Positions 1 to 11,400 of a stretch of DNA of 64,000 nt are shown in pieces. The notes below the pieces were generated by a model, which made no database searches, was not told the origin of the DNA, and saw only the letters and a program-made list of their open reading frames with translations. Both the position numbers and the translations under genes were made by a program. This DNA is from a virus (lineage: Duplodnaviria; Caudoviricetes). Position 1 is the first letter of the stretch; each line of letters starts with the position of its first letter. The stretch lies in IMG/VR virus record IMGVR_UViG_3300030330_005139. One strand, written 5' to 3'.

Positions 1-401
1 CAGTAACTTCTTCTACTGTTGCTTTTTCTGGAGCTGTAACTGCAACGACTGTCACTTGTGGTGGAGCAAAGTGTTTCAACATTCCACACCCAACCAAGGA
101 GAACAAAAGACTTGTTCATGCTTGCATTGAGGGTCCAGAGACTGCAGTTTATGTTCGTGGTCGTCTGACAGACAATAGTGTTATTGAACTTCCAGATTAT
201 TGGAAAGGTCTTGTTGATCCAGACTCCATCACTGTCTCCCTGACACAGATTGGTTCCTCACAGGATTTGATTGTTGAGGGGGTTGATTGGGGAAACAAGG
301 TTAGAGTTCGTTCTGGGAATGCTTCTCGAATTGATTGTTATTATAACGTTACAGCAACTCGGATTGACCTGGCACCACTGGAAGTGGAACAGGACGCTTG
401 A
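1..401 (+). CDS. 5'-truncated virion structural/fibre-associated protein
   Basis: Open frame from position 3 to TGA at 399-401; KCFNIPHP..LVHACIEGPE..YVRG..ELPDYW motif typical of cyanophage structural protein C-termini. Confidence 0.7.
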   Translation, partial: VTSSTVAFSGAVTATTVTCGGAKCFNIPHPTKENKRLVHACIEGPETAVYVRGRLTDNSVIELPDYWKGLVDPDSITVSLTQIGSSQDLIVEGVDWGNKVRVRSGNASRIDCYYNVTATRIDLAPLEVEQDA

Positions 402-427
402 CAGATTGGATGGGATGGGTTTATGAT
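398..427 (+). promoter_or_regulatory. sigma70-like promoter
   Basis: TTGACA-18 nt-TATGAT upstream of ORF 451. Confidence 0.55.
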
Positions 428-450
428 GTAACCATCCCACAAGAGGTTCT

Positions 451-687
451 ATGAACAGTGATGATCTTTACGATCGTTGTAACGAAGATCCTGAATACCT
501 TGATAATGTTCTTGTTGACATTTGTTCCAGATCTATCATCTTGTTCTCCAATCATGGTAACCAAACTGATGTAACATGTGAGACTCCCAAACAGTTTATC
601 GAAACACTCACTGCAATTAGAGACAATGTTGACGAAGAGGACATTTATTTCAAGAAGCCCAAGGTAACAAACACAAGCGAGGTTTAG
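451..687 (+). CDS. hypothetical protein
   Basis: 78 aa ORF with GAGG RBS and upstream promoter. Confidence 0.75.
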   Translation: MNSDDLYDRCNEDPEYLDNVLVDICSRSIILFSNHGNQTDVTCETPKQFIETLTAIRDNVDEEDIYFKKPKVTNTSEV

Positions 688-850
688 TTTTGAAAATAAA
701 CATCTGGTATTCAAGTCACGCCACTCAATGGAGATGGGTTCTCACTGATGAAAACAACCACCAAGAAAGTGGTGGTCAGGAGGATCTTAGAGTTGCAATG
801 AATGACATTGCTAACACCATCGAGTGGTTGGCAAAGACTAAATTACCAGA

Positions 851-924
851 ATAAATAACCTCGTGTGAAGGAAGGCCGCGTCACTATCTGTGCGTGGAAA
901 GGACACCTTAGGGTGTCCTTTTTT
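851..924 (+). ncRNA. putative late small RNA
   Basis: Late promoter ATAAATA (851-857), GTGTGAAGGAAG, hairpin 876-897, terminator; no ORF. Confidence 0.35.
898..924 (+). terminator. intrinsic terminator
   Basis: GGACACC-TTAG-GGTGTCC followed by T run. Confidence 0.8.
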
Positions 925-929
925 GTGTT

Positions 930-936
930 CTAAATA
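930..936 (+). promoter_or_regulatory. T4-type late promoter
   Basis: CTAAATA upstream of structural gene 966. Confidence 0.7.
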
Positions 937-965
937 AGTTATAACAGAATTAGTGCGCCGGTAAG

Positions 966-3900
966 ATGCCCCTATCTCGATTAGATAACTTCCTCAAAAA
1001 CGTAAGAGGTAACGTAATCTACGTTGCAGGAAATGACCTGGATGCAACAGACGATATTGCCAATCAAGGCAATTCTAGGTCAAGACCCTTCCTGACAATT
1101 CAAAGAGCACTTCTTGAAGCGGTCAGGTTCTCTTATCAGATTGGTCTAAACAACGACAGGTTTGAATACACAACCATCGTCGTTGAACCTGGAGTTTATT
1201 ATGTTGATAATAGACCTGGTTGGATTCCCGATGGCGAAAACTTCAGACTCAGAAGTGGTGAAGTTACTGCCACTTACGAGGAGATGAATGCAAGGACAAA
1301 CTTTAACCTGCAGGATCCCAACAACAGACTTTATACTATTAATAGTATCTACGGCGGTGTTATTGTTCCCCGTGGATGTAGTATTGTAAGTGTTGATGCG
1401 GATAAGACTCAGATCAGACCCCTTTATATTCCGAGCTCGACGAACGAAAATATTGATCCAACAACGATCTTTAGAATCACAAGTGGAAGTTCTATTGACA
1501 GTTTGACATTCTTTGATGGTGACCCAACAAGCACTGTTTATACTGATTATACAACCACCAGAGTCAATCCTGACTATTCTCACCACAAACTGTCATCCAT
1601 TGAATATGTGGATGGTGTAAATGATGTGGACATTAAAGATGAATTTATTGATTATTCTACAAATCGTACAGATTTGCAGATGTATTATGAGAAGATTTCC
1701 ATTCTTTATGGTCAGAGTTCCAACAGACCTATCACCCCCACTTATCCTGCAGATGGTGTTGACCTCCAACCCCTCAGTAATGAATTTGAGATCATCTCTG
1801 TAAGTGAAATTTCAGAAACTGGAATTAGTAGCATCAAAGCCGGTGACGGTACAACTGCAACAATCACAATTACTGTTGATCTTGAAGATCCAATTGATGG
1901 AATTGAGATCAATGACCTCATCGAGATTGATGGAGTTTCCGATTCCCGTTACAACGGCAGATTTGTTGTTGACACTGTTCTTGCTCAGAATGATTTTGGT
2001 GTAACTCGATTCACTTATAAGACTCTTGTTGCTCCTGATAATGCTCTCCCAACGCCTTCTGGTTCATTCTTTACATTATCTGTTGACACAATCAATTCCC
2101 CAATTCCTAAGATTTCTAAAGTTTGTGTCAAGTCATCTTATGGTCTCTCTGGTCTGTTCTTTGATGGAGATAAGATTGGTGGAACAAAACAAACAACGGT
2201 AATTGGTTTTGATTATGAATCTTTCCAGAATGATAACAATGCTTTCATTCGTTATAACAGTTCAAGTGGAACATTTGACGATTCAACCTCTGTGAGTAAT
2301 CTTCACAGTGATTCTTCTGCAAAGTTTAAACCTGATTTTTATAATTACGGAGTCAAAGCAACAAATGATGTTGAGATTGAACTCGACAGTTGTGCCTTCA
2401 CTGGTGCTTACCAACACATTTGTTCAGAGAATGGAGCGAGAGTCTTCTCCAGATCTGCGACCTCTAATTTTGGACAGAGTTCCATGTGCTCAAGAGGATT
2501 TACTGACTCCTCCACAACAAGAGAAGACACTGGTTATATCTCCCACATCATCTCCCCAAAATCAAACCTCAACGACCCCATCAAGCTTGAGTGGGATCAG
2601 ATTGATGTTGAGAGAACTGCTGGAATTGGTTCCACATCCAGACTTTATCTTTACAATGAGACGAACAAGTCCAATCCACCTAAGTCAACACTTCAGGGTT
2701 ATCACATTGGTGCAGCGGATAATGATCAGTTGAGGGTCAGAATTCATGAGTCAGATTATCACGCTGACATTGTGATGCCTCCAACTGAGAAGGATGCAAT
2801 CAAGATCACTGGAACAAAGCGTTACAATGTTGGTAGAAATGTCTCAACAGGAAACAGCATTACCTCAAACACTCTGACACTCACTAGCAATCATTCACTT
2901 CTGAATGGTGAGACAATCAGAGTTATCAGTGATAATGCCAGACTTCCCGATGGTCTTGACTCTGGTTCGATTTATTACTCAATCACATCTGGTGTGAGTG
3001 CCGACCAACTAAAAATTGCAAAAACTTATAATGACGCAGTTCTTGGTGAAGCACTCACAATCAATAACTTGGGTGGAACACTGAGCGTTGAGAGTCGTGT
3101 TTCCGATAAGGATCCTGGAGATCTTGGACACCCAGTTCAGTTTGATGACTCTGTTAATCAGTGGTTCATTACAGTTGCAGAAAGTGCAACCGATAACACA
3201 ATTTACCACGTTGTTGTTGGTCTTGGAACTGCTACTCTTGGTGAAACCACGTCTTCAACTCTGTTTGAGAGAACTCCTGACACAAGGTCACTGACTGACA
3301 GGATTTATCGTTATCGTTATGTCATTCCTGTTTCTTCTGGAATCTCTTCGGCAAAAGTTCCTTATAACGGACAAGTCATCCAATCGTCCTCCGATGTGAG
3401 TGGTGCAACTAACGACGAGGTTGCTCTTCTTTACAGCCCCAGTGGTGTCTCGATGACCAACGCTGGTGAACTAAGAAACCCAAGTTACATCAAACAGACA
3501 ACTTACAGTGGAACCACTGCCTCTTACTTCACTGAGAGGAGACACAATCTTGCAGTGGGTAACATGGTTAAGATTGATAATGTCACCAGCTCCATCAACC
3601 CCACTGGTGTTGGTAACTCTGGTTACAATGGAGAGTTTACTGTTACTGGAATCACCAGTGCAACTGGTTTCACTGTCACTCTTGCGGATAACCCTGGAAC
3701 ATTCAGTAACAACACCTCTTCAAGAACAACAAGTCTCCCCACCTTCTCTCGTAACGAAGGTAATCACGATTTTTACATTTACAACACAGAAACCATTCAG
3801 GACTTCATTCCTGGATCGAGAGATGGAATTTATTATTTGACCGTTCTTAAGTCGTCAAACACTCCCACAGTTTCTCCATTCAATGATGAAGATCAGTTCG

Positions 3901-6794
3901 CCTTTAGTTCTCCCATAAAAGATCTTTATCCTCAAATTGACAGGGACAATCCTGTTAATAACCCTCCTGCTGCAAGTCTTTACGCTCTCCCCTATGAACT
4001 GGGAACAGTTGTTGTTGATGACCAGAAGAACAGTGTCACCAGAGGGATACTTGAGGAGTCTTATCTCGACTTTGGTGTTGGAATTGGTGTCAGTGACATC
4101 ACTTCGACAGACGCTGACACTCACACAATCTTCACTGATGTTGAGCATGGTCTCAACAGAATCACATCTCTGACCATCACAAATGGTGGTGCAGGTTATG
4201 GTAACGGTGTTGGTGCTGAGAACATTTACAACGCTGGACTGACAACCACGAGTAAAGCAGGAGGAGCAACTGCCAGAATCACAGTTGATGCTTCTGGAAC
4301 AATCACCGCAGTTAAGGTGATGGAAGGTGGTTCAGGTTATGCTGTTGGTGACACTCTGGAAGTGACAGGAACAGCAACCACAACTGGTTACTCGGTTGCA
4401 ACACTAACAGTTGCTAACATTTACGATAACACTGGAGACACAGTTGTTGTTGCTGGTGTTGGTTCTGAGACTTATTCTGGTTACAATGGACTTTACGCCA
4501 TTACTGGAATCACAACAGCAAAAGAAATCTCAGTAACCTCTGTAGAGAGTGTTTCTGGATTCACTACTACTGGTGTTGGTGCAACACTCACAAGTTCCTC
4601 TTTCACTAATGTGACTGGAGTTAGACTAGACATTTCTTCTCTGGTTTATAACAATGTAACTGGATTGGCAACAGTTACGACAGTTCAAAATCACGGATTG
4701 GTTGCTGGTAATCCCATTAAAATTGCTGGAGCGACTGATGACCTTTACAACAAACTGGTCCCAACAACTGAAATTGTTGGACTCACAACATTCATCGCTA
4801 AGATTGGAGTTTCAACTGACTCCCCTGCAGTTTCTGGAACACTGAGAGGTTACAAACCATGCGACGAATCGGCAGCTGGTTCGGTCAATTCCTCAAATGA
4901 GAATTTGGGTGGAAGAGCAGCGAAAATTTATGATGGTCCAACTGGAATTACAACCACACTCTCTGATGGAATTGTAACTCCATCTGTGGCTGAGATTGAA
5001 ATCTCCAACGTCGAGAACTTCAACTTTGAGATTGGTGACTTCCTTCAGATTGATGATGAGATATTGAGGATCAAATCAACTGTAACAGGAAACCCTGTCT
5101 CTGTGTTTAGAGGTGTTCTCTCAACAGAAGCTTCAACTCACGAGATTGGAAGTGTTGTGAGAAGAGTTAAGGTTCTCCCACGGGAATTGAGAGATCCCTC
5201 ATTGGTGTCCTCCAATGGCCACGTCTTCAACTCTGTTGGATTTGGACCTGGTAATCTTTCAACTTCTGCACCCAATAATCAAGCGATTTCTCTGTCCTCT
5301 GTTGAGCAGAAACACTCACATGCAAATAAAACCAACTCTGGTCAGATCATTTACAATGGAACTAACGAAAGAGCAGAGTACTTCGTCAACAACAGAAAGT
5401 TTGAAGCTGTAACAGGAAAAGAAATCATCTTTGATGTTCCAAACCCAACAGTAACTGGTGAAGACAGAGGTGCCTTTACAGATGAACCGAACGCCACCAG
5501 AGTTACTGCTGTAAGTGGTAACTTTGAAGGTGGAATTAGTGTTGATGGTGGTCCAGATGAGACAACAATCTCAACCTTTGATGGCCCTGTTGTTTTCTCC
5601 AACAAGGTAACGTCCACCTCCAATGATGGTCTGGAAGCAAACCACATCCTCATTCAGGGTGACTTGGATGTCTCCAGAAAGATCTCTGTCTCTGATGTCA
5701 TCCCAACAGAGGCAGGAAATGTTGGTGACATTGTTTATCATGGAGAACCAGTCACTGGTGGAACTCTTGGATGGGTTTATTCCTATCAGAATGAGTGGGT
5801 CACATTTGGCAGTGTTGGTCTTAACCCTCAAGGTGATGCACTTCTCACCAGAGTTGGTGTTGCAACAGCCACACTTGATGATGAACTGACAGTTCAAGTT
5901 GGGTCTGGTTCTTCACTGGTTGCAATTGATGAAACCGGTGTTGGAATTGGAACCACCGCTAACGAAGTGGCACTCAGAGTTGATGGTGAAGTTTACGCTA
6001 ACCTCTTCACTGGTGATGGTTCTGGACTGAGAAACCTCAGCAATGACAGTAAGTGGGCTGGAATTACAACTTATTATCCTATCGGACTGGCAGGTGTTGG
6101 TGTTGGAACAACCGCACCAGATGTGAATTACTCACTCACAGTGGGTTCACCTGGAACTGGTAAGACTGACCTCTTTGTTTATAACAAGGCAGTGTTTGCT
6201 GGTCAGGTTGAGTTTACGACAGGAAGTGGACTTGAAATCAACACTGGTGTTAGCAGCATCAGAACAGTTTACAGATTTGATCACCCCAGTGGTCAAATCA
6301 ACGCTGGAATTGTTACCACAACTTCCATTGTTGTTAACACTGACACACTTGTTTCTTCTGGCACAAGCATCGGCATTGGAACCACAGCACCAAATGCAGA
6401 TTTGGACATTGATGGTTCAACAAGATTGAAAACTTATCATGAAATCGTAAAAACAATTTCCAGTAACTCTGGAATTGCAATTATTGACCTCGCAGAAGCA
6501 CAAACATTCGCCATCACAGCGACTGAGGACATCACTGAGTTTACACTCACGAATGTTCCCACAAATTCCACAACAGCATTCACTCTGAAAATTACAAACG
6601 ATTCAACAACCGCAAGATCAATTACCGTCGATAACTTCAAGACCCCTGGTGGTTCTGTGATTGATGTTTATTGGCCTGGTGGCGTTGTTCCGACAGTAAC
6701 ACAGAGCACAGGTGCAGTTGACATTTATTCGTTCATGACTCTTGATGGTGGATCAACACTTTACGGCGCAACTAACGGACAGAACTTCTCATGA
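966..6794 (+). CDS. large virion structural / tail fibre protein
   Basis: 1942 aa; MPLSRLDNFLKN start typical of cyanophage fibres; G/T-rich beta repeats (GIGTT, GGAGY). Confidence 0.8.
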   Translation: MPLSRLDNFLKNVRGNVIYVAGNDLDATDDIANQGNSRSRPFLTIQRALLEAVRFSYQIGLNNDRFEYTTIVVEPGVYYVDNRPGWIPDGENFRLRSGEVTATYEEMNARTNFNLQDPNNRLYTINSIYGGVIVPRGCSIVSVDADKTQIRPLYIPSSTNENIDPTTIFRITSGSSIDSLTFFDGDPTSTVYTDYTTTRVNPDYSHHKLSSIEYVDGVNDVDIKDEFIDYSTNRTDLQMYYEKISILYGQSSNRPITPTYPADGVDLQPLSNEFEIISVSEISETGISSIKAGDGTTATITITVDLEDPIDGIEINDLIEIDGVSDSRYNGRFVVDTVLAQNDFGVTRFTYKTLVAPDNALPTPSGSFFTLSVDTINSPIPKISKVCVKSSYGLSGLFFDGDKIGGTKQTTVIGFDYESFQNDNNAFIRYNSSSGTFDDSTSVSNLHSDSSAKFKPDFYNYGVKATNDVEIELDSCAFTGAYQHICSENGARVFSRSATSNFGQSSMCSRGFTDSSTTREDTGYISHIISPKSNLNDPIKLEWDQIDVERTAGIGSTSRLYLYNETNKSNPPKSTLQGYHIGAADNDQLRVRIHESDYHADIVMPPTEKDAIKITGTKRYNVGRNVSTGNSITSNTLTLTSNHSLLNGETIRVISDNARLPDGLDSGSIYYSITSGVSADQLKIAKTYNDAVLGEALTINNLGGTLSVESRVSDKDPGDLGHPVQFDDSVNQWFITVAESATDNTIYHVVVGLGTATLGETTSSTLFERTPDTRSLTDRIYRYRYVIPVSSGISSAKVPYNGQVIQSSSDVSGATNDEVALLYSPSGVSMTNAGELRNPSYIKQTTYSGTTASYFTERRHNLAVGNMVKIDNVTSSINPTGVGNSGYNGEFTVTGITSATGFTVTLADNPGTFSNNTSSRTTSLPTFSRNEGNHDFYIYNTETIQDFIPGSRDGIYYLTVLKSSNTPTVSPFNDEDQFAFSSPIKDLYPQIDRDNPVNNPPAASLYALPYELGTVVVDDQKNSVTRGILEESYLDFGVGIGVSDITSTDADTHTIFTDVEHGLNRITSLTITNGGAGYGNGVGAENIYNAGLTTTSKAGGATARITVDASGTITAVKVMEGGSGYAVGDTLEVTGTATTTGYSVATLTVANIYDNTGDTVVVAGVGSETYSGYNGLYAITGITTAKEISVTSVESVSGFTTTGVGATLTSSSFTNVTGVRLDISSLVYNNVTGLATVTTVQNHGLVAGNPIKIAGATDDLYNKLVPTTEIVGLTTFIAKIGVSTDSPAVSGTLRGYKPCDESAAGSVNSSNENLGGRAAKIYDGPTGITTTLSDGIVTPSVAEIEISNVENFNFEIGDFLQIDDEILRIKSTVTGNPVSVFRGVLSTEASTHEIGSVVRRVKVLPRELRDPSLVSSNGHVFNSVGFGPGNLSTSAPNNQAISLSSVEQKHSHANKTNSGQIIYNGTNERAEYFVNNRKFEAVTGKEIIFDVPNPTVTGEDRGAFTDEPNATRVTAVSGNFEGGISVDGGPDETTISTFDGPVVFSNKVTSTSNDGLEANHILIQGDLDVSRKISVSDVIPTEAGNVGDIVYHGEPVTGGTLGWVYSYQNEWVTFGSVGLNPQGDALLTRVGVATATLDDELTVQVGSGSSLVAIDETGVGIGTTANEVALRVDGEVYANLFTGDGSGLRNLSNDSKWAGITTYYPIGLAGVGVGTTAPDVNYSLTVGSPGTGKTDLFVYNKAVFAGQVEFTTGSGLEINTGVSSIRTVYRFDHPSGQINAGIVTTTSIVVNTDTLVSSGTSIGIGTTAPNADLDIDGSTRLKTYHEIVKTISSNSGIAIIDLAEAQTFAITATEDITEFTLTNVPTNSTTAFTLKITNDSTTARSITVDNFKTPGGSVIDVYWPGGVVPTVTQSTGAVDIYSFMTLDGGSTLYGATNGQNFS

Positions 6795-8416
6795 GCCCAA
6801 TCGCTTTTAATGTCTTCAGAGGGACTCAGACAGATCTCGATCTGAATGGTCCCAATCTCTCCTTTCTTCAAAATGTGAGTGATGTTATTGTTGACAGCAC
6901 TGGTGGTGGTAATGCCACATTTGTTGGAATTGCAACAGCAACATTTCCCCAATCCGAAAGGGCAACTAACACAGGAACCATCACTTACCAGTGGTTTGAA
7001 CAGAAGGTTGGTGGTGATGTTAGATTACAAGATGGTGCAAACATTACAGGGACGGCGACAACAACACTCACTCTGAGTAACATCTTCTCTTCCGCAAACA
7101 ATGGAAGAGACTTTTACCAAGAAGTGAGTTACACACCTGGTCCAACAACTGGTAATGCAATCAACGAACCACTCAAATCTGCAGTTGGTGAATTGATTAT
7201 CATTCCCACACTTTCGTTTGTTGAGAACCCAGAACCCATTATTGTTGCTGAACAAGAGACAGCAAGGTTCGTTGCTGTTGCTGAAGTGAGTGATGAGAAC
7301 TTCCTTCCAATTACTTACTTCTGGACAAAGGATGGTGTCAAACTGACCGACAGTGACACTGTTGTTGGTTCTGCAACCACAACTCTTGAAATTACACTTG
7401 ACAGTGTTGGTCTTTCCACAATCCAATGTAACGCTGAAATTCAAGCTCAGGACAGAGTTGTAAGTGTTGGAAGCAGTGTTGTTGACCTGACAATCAGAGC
7501 ACCAGAAAGTAAGTTGAAGTTTGAGGCTTATGACACAAATGGAAATTATAAGACAATCACTCATGACATCTTGACTGATGGAACATTCACTCTCAACAGT
7601 GACACCTTTGGAAGTGATTATTCAATCATTCAGTTCACTGCACCTGAACTTGCCATTGATCGAGTGAGAGTGGATGCATTCGCCGCTGCTGGAAAGGACA
7701 GATCCATTCATAAAGGTGGTCAGGGTGGAAACTCAAGATTTGACCTTGACCTTGAGGTTGATGTTGAGTACACAATCATTGGAATCTCAAATAACACATC
7801 AATCTTTGTTTACAGACAGGCACAACTGATTGCTGTGATTGGTTCTGGTGGTGATGCTGGTTCCATTGGAGATGGTGGTGATGGTGGTGGAATCAACATT
7901 GATGGTTCAAGAGGAAGTGGAAAGACTCCTGGTGTTGGTGGAGAGTCACCCAACCCCGGAACATTGGAGTTGAATGGTGTGTTTGGTTCTCTCCTTGGTT
8001 CAAAGACAAGCAGCATCACAACTTATGTTGGTGACTCCATCGCAACAGGAAATGCTGGTGGACGGTCAATCTCTTGCACCAAGGGTTCTTATTGGACTGA
8101 CCTTGGAATCTCCCCATGTTCCAACAACTCCACAGATAAAATTAGGTTTTTTGATGACAGCGGACAAGAGATTGTTGACAGCATCAAAATCTTTAGAGGA
8201 TTCAAAGCAGGTTACACAATCAGCGACACCCGTGGTCTTGGAATCAATGATGGTGGAAATGGAGGAGGTGGTGCCACTGGTGGAGATGGTGGTGTGAATG
8301 GTTCTGGTGGTGGCGGTGGAAGTGGTTATTCCAACGGAACATTCGCTCTCCAGGAGTCGAGAAGAGGTGGAAACAACACGACAAACTCTTTCATGACATT
8401 TAGAATTCCCGATTAA
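6791..8416 (+). CDS. virion protein with Ig-like domains and glycine-rich C-terminus
   Basis: 541 aa; two ITY.W..G.T.TL Ig-like segments, GGxGG-rich tail; ATGA overlap with upstream gene. Confidence 0.75.
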   Translation: MSPIAFNVFRGTQTDLDLNGPNLSFLQNVSDVIVDSTGGGNATFVGIATATFPQSERATNTGTITYQWFEQKVGGDVRLQDGANITGTATTTLTLSNIFSSANNGRDFYQEVSYTPGPTTGNAINEPLKSAVGELIIIPTLSFVENPEPIIVAEQETARFVAVAEVSDENFLPITYFWTKDGVKLTDSDTVVGSATTTLEITLDSVGLSTIQCNAEIQAQDRVVSVGSSVVDLTIRAPESKLKFEAYDTNGNYKTITHDILTDGTFTLNSDTFGSDYSIIQFTAPELAIDRVRVDAFAAAGKDRSIHKGGQGGNSRFDLDLEVDVEYTIIGISNNTSIFVYRQAQLIAVIGSGGDAGSIGDGGDGGGINIDGSRGSGKTPGVGGESPNPGTLELNGVFGSLLGSKTSSITTYVGDSIATGNAGGRSISCTKGSYWTDLGISPCSNNSTDKIRFFDDSGQEIVDSIKIFRGFKAGYTISDTRGLGINDGGNGGGGATGGDGGVNGSGGGGGSGYSNGTFALQESRRGGNNTTNSFMTFRIPD

Positions 8417-8418
8417 GA

Positions 8419-8425
8419 CTAAATA
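8419..8425 (+). promoter_or_regulatory. T4-type late promoter
   Basis: CTAAATA in the intergenic gap. Confidence 0.7.
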
Positions 8426-8466
8426 AAGATAACAGTTTTGCGGTGGATAATGAAACCGCTAATTAA

Positions 8467-11400
8467 ATGGCAGAAAAGTCTTTTGTTGTAAGAAAGGGTC
8501 TTGAAGTTGCAGAAACTCTCATCTTTACCAATGATGAGATTAACAGTGTTGGAATTGCGTCCACTCAACCTGGTGGTAAGTTAACAGTCTCTGGAACCAT
8601 TGAAGGCGATGGAATTCGTTTGGTTGGTTTCAGCACTGCAGAAAGGGGTCTAAACATTGGTGTTGGTGGAACAGTTTTATCTGTTGAGACAAACACACAA
8701 AAGATTGGAGTTAACGAAGCGTCTCCATCGTTCCCACTGGAAGTCAAGGACCCAGCAGGAATTGGTGGGACAACTTTATTTGTGCATGGAAACATTGGAG
8801 TCAGCACCGACCTGATTGTTGATGAGACAGCAACGATTCAGAGAGACCTTACGGTCAATCGTCACTGTCTTGTCTCTGCTGCTGGCATCACAACATTAGC
8901 AAGTGAGACAAAGATTACTGGAGCAATCAGCGCTCATATCAACGCAACCAGCAGTCTTGCGGTTGGTTCGACTGCATCCTTTGGTGGAGCAGTTGCTTTC
9001 GCCAGTTCCATTGGTGGTCCTGAGGCACATATTGATGACCTGACTGTTAGACGCAACTTACATGTCAATGCAACAGGTTTCAGCACCATTGCAAGTGACC
9101 TGAGTGTGACTGGTAATGTCACAACTCACCTTGGAGTCACCAGCAGTCTCTCCATTGGTTCAACATCTGACTTCACTGGAGCAGTTGCTTTCGCCAGTTC
9201 GATTGGTGGTCCAGAAGCACACATTGATGACCTAACTGTCAGACGCAACTTGTTCGTCTCAAGTGCTGGTGTTGGTACCATTGCAGCAGACATTGCCATC
9301 ACTGGTTCTGTCACGGAACACCTTGGAGTTACCAGCAGTCTTTCCATTGGTTCCACTTCAGATTTCACTGGAGCAATCTCCTGTGCCAGTTCAATGACTG
9401 CTGTCACATTCTTTGGTGATGGTAATGGACTGACAAACATCAATCCAAGTGAAGTGAACTTGGATGGAACAGATCAAAGACTGGATGATCTGGACGTTGC
9501 CGGTGTCGGAACAGTCGCCACACTGGATGTTACTGGAGTTTCAACTTTCACAGGAGATGCCCACTTTGAGGCACAGATTGGAGTTGGAACAGCAGATCCA
9601 AAGACAGGATCTCTTCTTCATCTTTATGCCACTGCTCCTGAAATCTTCTTTGAGGAATCTGACGCACTTGCTGATAACAGAATTTGGTCTCAGAAAGTTG
9701 ATGGTGAAGAACTTCTCTTCGCTGCTGGTACCGATGCTCTTGGTTTTGGTACCACTCGGTTCAAGATGACTCGAACCCTCAACTCCATTGACACATTTGA
9801 AGCAGAGAAAGATGGAGAAACTTGGTTACTTGTTGACAACAGAGATAAGAGAGTTGGATTTGAAACTGCAGACCCAAAGGTTTCACTTCACGTTGTTGGT
9901 GACGCACAAGTAAGTGGTTTCTGTAGTGCAACCAACTTCTTTGGAGATGGTTCAGCACTCACCAACATTTCAGCATCTGAGGTTGACTTGGATGGAACCT
10001 ATCAAGACTTCCAAGGTCTGACTGTTGCTGGTGTTACCACACTCACAGAAGGATTGCGTTCAGTTGGATTTACAACTTTCCTTCAGAAGGTTCACATTCT
10101 CGATAACGTCCAACTTCAAATTGGTGGAGCAACAGAAGGTGCCACTGGAGACATGAGACTTTATCATGACACCACAAACAGTTTCATTGATGATAATGGA
10201 ACAGGTAATCTACAACTTAGAACTATCCTGGGAACAGGAATTGATATGATTGGTGGTGGTAGTACGGAGTACCTCTCAAGATTTATAAAAGATGGCGCTG
10301 TTGAACTTTATTATGACGGAAGTAAAAAATTAGAAACTCTCGAAGATGGTATTGATGTAACAGGTAATGTTGGGGGTGACACTTTAAACATCTCTGGAGT
10401 TGGAACCATCAGTGGTGGTTTGACAGGAAATGTGACTGGTAATGTTACTGGTGATCTGACTGGCACAGCCACTAACGCTACCAAGGTTAACATCGAGGGA
10501 TTGGATGCCACCGGAAACCGGGCCATCTTATTCCAGGGAGCCTCAGGAAATGCCGCCACCACTGAAGGTCGTGTTGCTTTGGCCTCCACTACTAACTATC
10601 CGAGGATTCAACCATCTACAGGAAAGATAACTGCTGCAGGTGGTGTTGTTGCCAATTTGACTGGTAATGTAACAGGTAACTTGACTGGTAATGTGACTGG
10701 CAGTGTCACGGGTAATGTGACGGGTGTTTCGACTGGATCAGATGCAGTCAAACTTACCACTGCAAGTGACGGAACAACCAGACAAATCCTCTTTGTTAGT
10801 GGGAGTAACACAGAATATGACGCCGTTGAGATTGACAGCGAATCCAGTGAGTTGACATACGTTCCATCAACAAACACATTCTCAGTTTCTAACATTGTTG
10901 GTGACTTGACTGGTAATGTTACAGGCAACGCAGACACAGCAACACTTGCAGCCACATCAACCATTGTTGCTGGTACTACAGCCTCCAGTTTCGTCAACTT
11001 CACTGATGGTGGAACAGGAGCACAGGCACTGAAGAGTGACACATCTTTGCGTTACACTCCCACATCACAGACACTTACAACTGGAACAGTTAATGCCGCT
11101 TTGACGGGTAATGTTACAGGTAATGTGACTGGTAACTTGACTGGTGATGTCACTGGTGATGTCACTGGTAACGCAGACACAGCAACAACTGCAACAAGTT
11201 CCACTAACATTCGGGTTGATTCTGATTCCACCAATGCTGATCGAATTATTGTATTCGCTGATAGTACAGGAACTAGCAAAAGAGCAAAGGCTGACACTAA
11301 CCTGACTTACAACCCATCCACAAACACACTGACAGCAGGAACTTATGACACAAGTTCTGACGAAAGAATCAAGAAAAACATCAATCCGATTGATGACGCT

